Positions 1 to 7,724 of a stretch of DNA of 29,736 nt are shown here, one piece after another. A program made the translations under genes and the position numbers. Positions within the stretch are counted from its first letter, which is position 1, and every line of letters begins with the position of its first letter. The DNA comes from an uncultured Anaerolineales bacterium (GTDB lineage Bacteria > Chloroflexota > Anaerolineae > Epilineales > JAANWY01), in NCBI GenBank assembly GCA_964474265.1, contig CAYYSH010000002.1:1-29736 (forward strand), in the 5' to 3' direction. The notes under the pieces were generated by a model. The model saw only the letters and a list, made by a program, of their open reading frames with translations, was not told the DNA's origin and did not search any database.

Positions 1-2
1 TG

Positions 3-3000
3 CGCGATGCTTACCGCTCGACGTCCTCTCAGCCTGGCGAAGTGACGATGACCGAATCTGTTTTGCGCGCCGGCCACCCCCTGGTGGCCGAAGACGTGTT
101 CAACACACCCTACCTCAGCCCACATATTGCCGCCCAGTTCCCGGCTCGCTCGTTGCTTGGCCTGCCCCTCATCGCCGACGGCCAGAAGCTGGGTGCGGCC
201 CTCATTGCCTTCAACCAGCCTCATCAGTTCACACCGGACGAGATCGCCAGGGGAGAGCAGGCAGCCCGGCAGGTCGCTCTGGCTATCGCCAAAGCCCGTG
301 CGCTGGAGGCAGAACGCCGGCGCGCTGACGAACTGGACGCGCTGCGAGGCATCATCGCCGACATCCTGACAGAACACGAATTGCCGAAATTGCTTCGCAC
401 GCTCCTGGAGCGGGCTGTCGCGCTACTGAATGCGACCGGGGGCGACCTGGGGCTGTACGACGAGGAGGCCCAGGAATTAGTGATTATTGTGAGCCATAAC
501 ATGGGCAAAGACTACGCCGGCACGCGCATGGCGTTGGGTGAGGGCGCGATGGGACAGGTGATGCAGACCGGCAAACCCGTGCTCATCGACGACTACATCA
601 CGTGGGAGCATCGCTCGCCCCAATACGCCGACGGTCCCTGGCACGCCGTCATGGCTGCACCGCTCATATCCGGAGAGCGGCTGATCGGCGCTCTTGGCAT
701 TGTGGACTCTGACCCACAGCGGCGGTTCACCCCCGACGACCTGCACCTGCTGAGTCTCCTGGCCAACCAGGCAGCTATCGTGGTCGAGAAAGCCCGCCTG
801 CTCAAAGAGGCGCAGGTCCGGGCACGCCGGCAGGCAGCCCTGGTTCAACTCAGTGTGGATCTTGCGGCCACCCTTGATGAAGAGGAGATTTGCCATCGCG
901 TGGTGCAAAGGCTGCATGATACACTCGGCTATGCCTACCAGGGCATCTTTCTGGTGGACGAATCCACCGGCGACCGCGTGCTGTGTGCCGGCATTGGCTG
1001 GCCAGATGCTCCCGCCGACTGGCGCATTCCGCCCGGCCAGGGCGTGAGTGAGCGTGCCATCCTGGATGGCCAGCTCCACTACACGCCGGATGTGACGAAG
1101 GAGCCCAACTACGTTCCCGGCCTGAACAGCGGCGCAGAGGTGGACGTGCCAATCTATGCTAGTGGCAAGGTGGTAGGAGTCCTGGTTGTTGAGAGTCAGG
1201 AGCCCAACGCCTTCGGCCCGAATGACTTTGAACTCCTGGAGGCCGTGGCGAACCAGGCCGGCATTGCCATGAGCAACGCCCGGCTGCTGCAGGAATCGCA
1301 GCGCCGGGCCGAAGAAGCAGAGACGCTGCGTCGGGCCGGCGCTGTTGTCGCCGCCGCACTCGAGCAAGACGAGGCCATCCAGCGTATCCTGGAGCAACTC
1401 GAGCTGGTGGTACCGTACGACAGCGCTTCGGTGCAGTTGCTACGCGAGGGGTACGTGGAAATTGTTGGCGGGCGCGGCTGGGCGGATCCAGCGACCGTAG
1501 TCGGGCTGCGTTTTCCGGTGCCCGGGGACAACCCCAACACCGTGGTCATCCAGGAGCGCCGGCCCTACATCCTGAACGACGCGCCGGCTGCTCATGCCCC
1601 CTTCCGCGAAGACCCTCATAGCCACATTCGATCGTGGCTGGGCGTGCCGCTGATCGTGGGAGACCGGGTCATCGGCATGCTGACCGTGGACAGCAAGCAG
1701 CCAGGCCACTTTACACCCGATCACGCCCGGTTGGTCACGGCCTTCGCCAACCAGGTAGCCATCACGTTGGAGAACGCCCGGCTCTTTGCTGAGGTCGAGC
1801 AGCGAGTCATGGAGTTGTCCATCATGCTCGAAACAGCCAGGGTGGTCTCGTCCACACTCCACCTCGAAGAGGTGCTTCCCATCATTGCCCGGCAAATGGC
1901 GCAGGCCATCGGCGTCTCTGGCTGTACTCTCTCGCAGTGGGACCGAGAGGCTGACGCCGTGGTGACGTGGATCGAGTGGCGTAGAGACTGGGGTGAGTAT
2001 AGCAGCGAACCGGGCACTGCTTATTCCTTGAAAGAGTATCCGGCTACCCGGGCGGTCCTTGAGAAACGCCACCCCGTTGTCATCCGGGTTTCAGACCCGG
2101 AGGCCGATCCTGCGGAGGTTGCTCTGATGCGAGAACAGAACATTTTAACCCTACTTATGCTACCGCTTGCCATCGGTGACAGGGTCATCGGCCTGGTCGA
2201 ATTGGACGATGAGGTGAGGGAACGAGAATTTACAAGCGACCAAATCCGTCTATCCCAGGCACTTGCGGATCACGCGGCCATAGCCATTGAGAACGCTCGC
2301 CTGTTCGAGGCAGAACGCAAACATAGCCAGGAGCTTGAAGCGCTGCACGAGGCCAGCCTGCGCCTCACTTCGAAGTTAGAATTGCAATCCGTGCTGGAAG
2401 CTATCCTGGATTACGCACTGAGACTGGCAGCGGCCACTGATGCTCACATCTTCCTCTACGATGGTGAACGGCTTTCCTTCGGCGCTGCCCTGTGGGCGAA
2501 TGGGCAGGAAGAGTCACCGTACATTGAACCCCGGCCCGAGGGGCTGACTTACACCGTAGCTCGCACCGGGAAACGTATCGTGGTGGACAATGTCAACCGT
2601 CACCCCCTGTTCAAAGACTGGCCCTGGGGCGGTGCTATCGCCGGCCTGCCCCTGCGCATTGGTGGTCAGGTGTGTGGAGTGATGAATGTCGCTTTTGACA
2701 AACCGCACACTTTTGAGGAAGACGAACTGCGCGTGCTGGAGCTCCTGGCCGACCAGGCCGCCATTGCCATTCGCAATGCCCAGCTCCATGCCGAAGTTCA
2801 GGCGCTGGCTATCACCGATTCCCTCACCGGCTTCTACAACCGGCGTGGCCTGTTTGAGCTGGGCCGGCGTGAGGTCGAGCGCGCCCGGCGCTTTGGCCGG
2901 CCTCTTTCCGCCCTCATGCTGGATCTGGATCACTTCAAGCTTGTGAATGACACCTATGGCCATCACATCGGCGACCAGGTGCTGGCCGAGCTAGCCGCCT

Positions 3001-3320
3001 GTTGCCGGCAGGTTCTGCGCGACGTGGACCTGTTGGGGCGGTACGGCGGCGAGGAGTTCGTATTTCTCCTGCCCGAAACTGGCGTCGCCGCTGCTGAGCC
3101 GGTGGCCGAAAGACTGCGCCGGCATGTGGAGCGCTCACTCATGAACACAGATCGCGGCCCGATATCCATCACCATCAGCCTGGGGGTCGCTCAGTTAGAC
3201 GAGACCTGCCCTGACCTGGAGACCCTGCTCGAACATGCCGACCAGGCCCTGTACGTCGCCAAGCGATCAGGGCGGAACCAGGCCCGCGTCTGGCAGGCAA
3301 ATGACCAGGACGTCCCGTAA
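3..3320 (+). CDS. Multi-GAF diguanylate cyclase (at least 6 GAF + GGDEF), 5'-partial
   Basis: The frame is open from base 3 (RDAYRSTSSQPGEV...), so the track's GTG at 42 is internal. Six GAF-ending motifs (e.g. LANQAAIVVEKARL, FANQVAITLENARL, LADQAAIAIRNAQL). C-terminal DSLTGFYNRR, LDLDHFKLVNDTYGHHIGD, RDVD I-site (3018-3029), GGEEF A-site (3045-3059), ADQALYVAKRSGRN. Confidence 0.95.
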   Translation, partial: RDAYRSTSSQPGEVTMTESVLRAGHPLVAEDVFNTPYLSPHIAAQFPARSLLGLPLIADGQKLGAALIAFNQPHQFTPDEIARGEQAARQVALAIAKARALEAERRRADELDALRGIIADILTEHELPKLLRTLLERAVALLNATGGDLGLYDEEAQELVIIVSHNMGKDYAGTRMALGEGAMGQVMQTGKPVLIDDYITWEHRSPQYADGPWHAVMAAPLISGERLIGALGIVDSDPQRRFTPDDLHLLSLLANQAAIVVEKARLLKEAQVRARRQAALVQLSVDLAATLDEEEICHRVVQRLHDTLGYAYQGIFLVDESTGDRVLCAGIGWPDAPADWRIPPGQGVSERAILDGQLHYTPDVTKEPNYVPGLNSGAEVDVPIYASGKVVGVLVVESQEPNAFGPNDFELLEAVANQAGIAMSNARLLQESQRRAEEAETLRRAGAVVAAALEQDEAIQRILEQLELVVPYDSASVQLLREGYVEIVGGRGWADPATVVGLRFPVPGDNPNTVVIQERRPYILNDAPAAHAPFREDPHSHIRSWLGVPLIVGDRVIGMLTVDSKQPGHFTPDHARLVTAFANQVAITLENARLFAEVEQRVMELSIMLETARVVSSTLHLEEVLPIIARQMAQAIGVSGCTLSQWDREADAVVTWIEWRRDWGEYSSEPGTAYSLKEYPATRAVLEKRHPVVIRVSDPEADPAEVALMREQNILTLLMLPLAIGDRVIGLVELDDEVREREFTSDQIRLSQALADHAAIAIENARLFEAERKHSQELEALHEASLRLTSKLELQSVLEAILDYALRLAAATDAHIFLYDGERLSFGAALWANGQEESPYIEPRPEGLTYTVARTGKRIVVDNVNRHPLFKDWPWGGAIAGLPLRIGGQVCGVMNVAFDKPHTFEEDELRVLELLADQAAIAIRNAQLHAEVQALAITDSLTGFYNRRGLFELGRREVERARRFGRPLSALMLDLDHFKLVNDTYGHHIGDQVLAELAACCRQVLRDVDLLGRYGGEEFVFLLPETGVAAAEPVAERLRRHVERSLMNTDRGPISITISLGVAQLDETCPDLETLLEHADQALYVAKRSGRNQARVWQANDQDVP

Positions 3321-3342
3321 ACAGTTCGCCTATGAGGAGAAA

Positions 3343-4971
3343 ATGCAACCTGCAAACCACATGAAACTCGACCAATTGCTGGATTCGCGACAACTGGAAC
3401 AATTTCTGCACGCCCTCGTTGAGCTCGTACCAGTGACCCTGCACGTGGAGGGTTCAAACGGCAAGTTGCTGGCACAGGCGCGGCCAACAGGAGTGAGGAG
3501 CAACACTGCGTCCCCGCCTCTGGAGCACCTGCACAGGACAACCCGGGCAGAGGCACGTGTGCCTGTCGAAATCCACGGCGAGCGAATTGGACAGGTCGTC
3601 GCTGTCGCCGCCGATCCCGAACAGGGCATGGCTCCCCTGGTCGAGTCTGCGGCGCGGCTGGTGGCTCACATTGTGGCCGATCAGGCATACAAAGAGCACG
3701 AACTGAACAGCCTGTCAACCGAACTGCTGGATAAGTACGAAGAGATTACCTTGCTGTACGACCTCAGCCAGGCGTTGGGCTCCATCTTTGACATTTCTGC
3801 CCTGTGCAACATTGCGCTGGAGAAAGCCGCGCAGGCTGTGCCGGCTGCCAAGGGCTTCGTGATGCTCAAAGATAAGGACTCACAGAACCTCACCGTGGTG
3901 GCCGCTCGCGTGGACGGGCTGGTGGGGTGGAAAACGCCGGTTGGTGTGGGCATCAGCGGGCGCGTGGCCGAGTCCGGGAAGCCGATTCTATTGCTGGAGG
4001 GCGAACAGCTTCCCTCGCGCAAGCCGGAAGAGCAGGGGCCGCGCGATGCAGTGCTCTCGGTGCCGCTCGTGTTATCTGCTGCCGAGGATGAGGAAGTGCT
4101 GGGCGTGATCACGCTGGCCGGCAAGCCTCGTGGCGAGATGTTCACAGCCGGCGATGCAAAGCTGCTACGAACAATCGCCACGCAACTGGCTATCGCCATC
4201 CACAACAGCCGGCTGCTCCAGGCCCAGCGGGAAGCCGAGCGCGTGCGGCAAGAGATGGAAATTGCGGCCCGCATCCAGCGCAACCTGTTGCCCAATCGGC
4301 CACCGGACCTGCCAGGCATCGAGGTCGCTGGGCGGTGCCTCCCGGCGACCAACGTGGGGGGCGACTACTACGACTACCTGGTGGACCAGGAAGGCCGGCT
4401 AAACCTGATCATCGCCGACGTCTCCGGCCACAACATCGGCGCAGCCCTGATGATGGTCATGGCCCGCAGCATCCTGCGACGCGAGATCGGCGAGGGGAAA
4501 TCGCCGGCCAGCGTCCTGGCCCGCACCAACACCGCTCTGTTACACGATCTGACCAACGCCGAATTGTTCATCACCATGTTCTGCGCACGCTACGACCCCG
4601 CCACCCGTTGTCTGACCTTCGCCAACGGGGGGCACAATCCGCCGTTGCTGCGGCGCTCAAGCGATGCACAGATCGTGGAACTCGACGGAGATGGTATGAT
4701 CGTGGGCATTCTGGAAGATGTGTCGTTTCAAGAGCAAACTATCACGCTGGAGCCAGGCGACCTCCTGCTCCTGTACACCGACGGTATCGTCGAGGCACGC
4801 AACGCCGAGGGTGAGCAGTTCGGTGATGGCCGGCTGCGAAAACTTCTGATCGATGGCGGTGCATTGCCTCCCGACATGCTGGCGGACCGAATTCACGCGG
4901 CTGTTCGTGAGCACAGTCGAGACAGCGCCCAGCAAGACGATGTTACGCTGCTGATTCTGAAAGTCGAGTGA
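3343..4971 (+). CDS. GAF-containing PP2C/SpoIIE (RsbU-like) serine phosphatase, 542 aa
   Basis: GAGGAG SD at 3334-3339 precedes ATG 3343 (the track start at 3235 overlaps the previous gene). PP2C motifs VGGDYYD, IADVSGH, LLYTDGIVEA and QQDDVTL are all intact. A GAF domain and coiled coil lie upstream. Confidence 0.93.
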   Translation: MQPANHMKLDQLLDSRQLEQFLHALVELVPVTLHVEGSNGKLLAQARPTGVRSNTASPPLEHLHRTTRAEARVPVEIHGERIGQVVAVAADPEQGMAPLVESAARLVAHIVADQAYKEHELNSLSTELLDKYEEITLLYDLSQALGSIFDISALCNIALEKAAQAVPAAKGFVMLKDKDSQNLTVVAARVDGLVGWKTPVGVGISGRVAESGKPILLLEGEQLPSRKPEEQGPRDAVLSVPLVLSAAEDEEVLGVITLAGKPRGEMFTAGDAKLLRTIATQLAIAIHNSRLLQAQREAERVRQEMEIAARIQRNLLPNRPPDLPGIEVAGRCLPATNVGGDYYDYLVDQEGRLNLIIADVSGHNIGAALMMVMARSILRREIGEGKSPASVLARTNTALLHDLTNAELFITMFCARYDPATRCLTFANGGHNPPLLRRSSDAQIVELDGDGMIVGILEDVSFQEQTITLEPGDLLLLYTDGIVEARNAEGEQFGDGRLRKLLIDGGALPPDMLADRIHAAVREHSRDSAQQDDVTLLILKVE

Positions 4972-5007
4972 CGGTGATCAGGGAGCAGTGACTTGGGAGG
5001 AATGACG

Positions 5008-5364
5008 ATGGAGAATACGATTCTGGTGGTAGATGATTCACCATTTATGGTGCGCACGCTGAGCTTCATTCTGGAGAAGGCCGGCTATACTGTCGCCACC
5101 GCCGGCAGCGGGACAGAGGCCCTGGCCCAGGCCCGGGCTACACAGCCCCGGCTGATCCTTCTGGATTCGGTGATGCCGGGCATGGATGGCCGCCAGGTGC
5201 TGGAGTCGATCCGGCAAGACCCCTCGCTCCAGAAAGCGCGAGTGGTGATGGTGAGCGGCTCGGACGCCGATGACCTGCCGGAGGCAGACGGCTTCGTCGC
5301 CAAACCGTTCACGCCGGACAAAGTGCTTGAGACAGTCGCCCGCCTGATCGAGGCGGGGAGTTAG
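5008..5364 (+). CDS. Single-domain response regulator (REC), 118 aa
   Basis: ILVVDD acidic pocket, LILLDSVMPGMDG phospho-Asp, VVMVS, FVAKPF. GGAGG SD at 4996-5000 favours ATG 5008. Confidence 0.92.
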   Translation: MENTILVVDDSPFMVRTLSFILEKAGYTVATAGSGTEALAQARATQPRLILLDSVMPGMDGRQVLESIRQDPSLQKARVVMVSGSDADDLPEADGFVAKPFTPDKVLETVARLIEAGS

Positions 5365-5380
5365 CAACTGGAGGCCGGCC

Positions 5381-6484
5381 ATGACCCCCAAACATGTGGA
5401 CTCAGTGAAGCAACAACTGGCGCTGATCAGCACCGTCAGCCGGCAGATTACCTCTATCCTGGATCGCGATGACCTGCTGGATGTTGTGGTCGCGTCGATT
5501 CACGAGATGCTCGGCTACGATGTGGTCCACCTGTTCTTGCTTGACGCCGCCAGCGGGGACCTGGTGTTTCAGGCCGGAACAGCGCCGGCAGGGCCGGCGC
5601 TGAAGGCACAGGCGTTCCGCATTGCCGGGGATCGGCAAAGCATCATCGCCTGGGTGGCCCGTCACGGCGAGCCCTTGCTGGTCAACGACGTCAGCCAGGA
5701 ACCCCGCTATCTGGCCCACGAGTTGCTGCCGGACACCCGCTCCGAGCTGGCGCTGCCGCTCAAAATGGGTGGCCGCGTGCTCGGGGTGCTGGATGTGCAG
5801 AGTGATCAGGTCAACGCGTTCACTGACGACGACCGGTTTGTGCTCGCTACCCTCGCGGATCAGGTGGCCGTTGCTGTGGAGAACGCGCATCTCTTCGACT
5901 CGCTGCGGGAGAAAGAACGTCAACTGGCTTATCAGATCGAGCGGGCCAACGATGCTATCTTCAACATTGATCTGGCCGGCTGTTTTACCTCATTCAACAA
6001 CGCTGCTGAGGAAATCTCGGGCTATCGCCGGCAGGAGGTGTTAGGCCGGCCCTTCACCGATCTGCTGTGTCCCGAGTACCACGCCGAGATGCTGCGCCGG
6101 CTGCGCGACGGCGTGGAGCAACATCCGGGCCAGACGTACGAGGTGGCGTTCTTCCACAAACTGGGCCACCGCGTGCCCATTGAGATCAGCATCACGGCAC
6201 TGCGACGGGATGGCCGGCCAGCCGGCGCCCTGGTCATCGCCCGCGACATCCGGCAGCGCAAACGCCTGGAGCGAGAGATCCTGGACTTCATCTCACAGAT
6301 TTCCCACGACCTGCGCACGCCGCTGGCAACTATCCTCTCCTCCTCTGAGATTTTGCTGAGTTATGACGAGGAGCCCGAAACTCGACGCGAGTTTCTGGAG
6401 ATGATCCACCACGAAGCGCGGCGGCTGGCAGAGATGATCGACGAGATCGTGGACCTGCGCAGCAAGATGGATACAGGAGGTTAG
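5381..6484 (+). CDS. GAF-PAS-HisKA(DHp) protein lacking the HATPase_c domain
   Basis: GAF (...LADQVAVAVENAHLF), PAS (NDAIFNIDLAGCFTSFNNAAEEISGY...ARDI), H-box ISHDLRTPL (His codon 6305-6307). The stop follows directly after the second DHp helix. GGAGG SD at 5370-5374. Confidence 0.88.
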   Translation: MTPKHVDSVKQQLALISTVSRQITSILDRDDLLDVVVASIHEMLGYDVVHLFLLDAASGDLVFQAGTAPAGPALKAQAFRIAGDRQSIIAWVARHGEPLLVNDVSQEPRYLAHELLPDTRSELALPLKMGGRVLGVLDVQSDQVNAFTDDDRFVLATLADQVAVAVENAHLFDSLREKERQLAYQIERANDAIFNIDLAGCFTSFNNAAEEISGYRRQEVLGRPFTDLLCPEYHAEMLRRLRDGVEQHPGQTYEVAFFHKLGHRVPIEISITALRRDGRPAGALVIARDIRQRKRLEREILDFISQISHDLRTPLATILSSSEILLSYDEEPETRREFLEMIHHEARRLAEMIDEIVDLRSKMDTGG

Positions 6485-6560
6485 AGAGGGCCGCTAGACT
6501 GAAGGCCGAGGGATGGTCAGCTATCGTGGAAATAGCTGCAGTACTGGTGAGGAGAAATAC

Positions 6561-6938
6561 ATGTCCAACAGCAAGATTTTAGTCGTTGATGACGAACCAT
6601 TCATCCTGCGCACGCTGACTTTCGTGTTGAAAAAGGAGGGTTATGACATCGCTACGGCTGTGAACGGGGAGGAAGCCCTGGCCCAGATTCGAGCGTCGGA
6701 GCCATCTCTGGTTTTCGTGGATGCCATGATGCCCAAGAAAGACGGCTACCAGGTTGCACAAGAGGTGCGCGACGACCCGACTCTCAAGCGGCAGCCGTAC
6801 ATCATCATGCTGACAGCCCGGGGCCAGGAGTCCGACCGCGAGAAGGCCGAGAGAGTGGGTATCAATGAGTTCATGACCAAACCCTTCAGCCCATCAAAGG
6901 TGGCAGCACGGGTTCGAGAGATTCTGGAACGTACATAA
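6561..6938 (+). CDS. Single-domain response regulator (REC), 125 aa
   Basis: ILVVDDE, LVFVDAMMPKKDG, IIMLTA, FMTKPF. GAGGAG SD upstream of ATG 6561 (the track start at 6513 is probably too early). Confidence 0.93.
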   Translation: MSNSKILVVDDEPFILRTLTFVLKKEGYDIATAVNGEEALAQIRASEPSLVFVDAMMPKKDGYQVAQEVRDDPTLKRQPYIIMLTARGQESDREKAERVGINEFMTKPFSPSKVAARVREILERT

Positions 6939-6952
6939 AAGGAGGTTTTTCC

Positions 6953-7288
6953 ATGGAGATTCAGGTCGAACGAAACGGAACGGTGGCTGTAGTGGCTGTC
7001 GCCGGCCAGGTAGAGGCAGCAACAGCCCCCCAGCTCAGAGAACAGTTCGATGGCCTGCTCGGTGATGGCGAGCAAAATTTCGTCATCGACCTGTCGGGGG
7101 TGACGTTTATGGACAGTTCCGGCCTGGCCACGTTGGTCCAGCTCTTCAAACGCGTTCGCATTGGCCATGGCGACGTCCGGTTATGCGGCCTGCAACCCGA
7201 AGTGCAACGCATTTTCGAACTGACGCGGCTCGACCGCGTGTTCGATCTCTTCCCGGACCGCGTCGAAGCTGTGGCCAGCTTCCACTGA
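6953..7288 (+). CDS. STAS anti-sigma-factor antagonist (RsbV/SpoIIAA family) #1
   Basis: 111 aa with IDLSGVTFMDSSGL phosphorylation-loop motif. AGGAGG SD. Confidence 0.93.
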   Translation: MEIQVERNGTVAVVAVAGQVEAATAPQLREQFDGLLGDGEQNFVIDLSGVTFMDSSGLATLVQLFKRVRIGHGDVRLCGLQPEVQRIFELTRLDRVFDLFPDRVEAVASFH

Positions 7289-7295
7289 TGCAGCC

Positions 7296-7724
7296 ATGGC
7301 CGAAACGACTCACGAAACTTTAGTTATTCACAGCCGGCTGGCTGCAGTCGCCGAGGCGCGCCGCTGGGCATCTGACCACGTTCGTGCAGCCGGGTTCGAC
7401 AACGACGTAGTTTTCGCCGTGGAACTTGCCCTCAGCGAGGCGCTCACCAACGTCATCGAGCATGCCTATGCCGGAGATGAAACGCAAGAGATCCGCCTGT
7501 CCCTGGCTATCGACGATGAGAAACTACGTCTGACGATCCGGGACTTCGGTCGGAAGTTCGACCTGTCGAGCTACCAGTCACCGAACCTGGATGTGCCAGC
7601 GGAGGGAGGTTATGGCGTGTACCTGATCCACCAACTGATGGATGAGGTTAACTACGACACGTCGCCGGCGCAAGGGACACGGCTCAGCCTGGTTAAGTAT
7701 CGAGTAGGAGGAACTCATGCATGA
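7296..7724 (+). CDS. RsbW/SpoIIAB-type anti-sigma serine kinase (HATPase_c_2)
   Basis: N-box ELALSEALTNVIEHAY, G1 IRDFG, G2 EGGYGVYLIHQLMDEV. Adjacent to a STAS gene. Confidence 0.92.
   Translation: MAETTHETLVIHSRLAAVAEARRWASDHVRAAGFDNDVVFAVELALSEALTNVIEHAYAGDETQEIRLSLAIDDEKLRLTIRDFGRKFDLSSYQSPNLDVPAEGGYGVYLIHQLMDEVNYDTSPAQGTRLSLVKYRVGGTHA

Noticed and set aside
42-50. Track start (GTG 42 / ATG 48) for the diguanylate cyclase
   Set aside because: The frame is open to the window edge, there is no SD, and the position falls in the middle of a GAF domain. The gene starts upstream.
3235-3342. Upstream extension of the phosphatase ORF
   Set aside because: Overlaps the DGC 3' end; the SD supports ATG 3343.
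6485-6560. Possible frameshifted HATPase domain for the HisKA protein
   Set aside because: Only 76 nt precede the next gene, with no N/G1/F/G2-box-like sequence in any frame.
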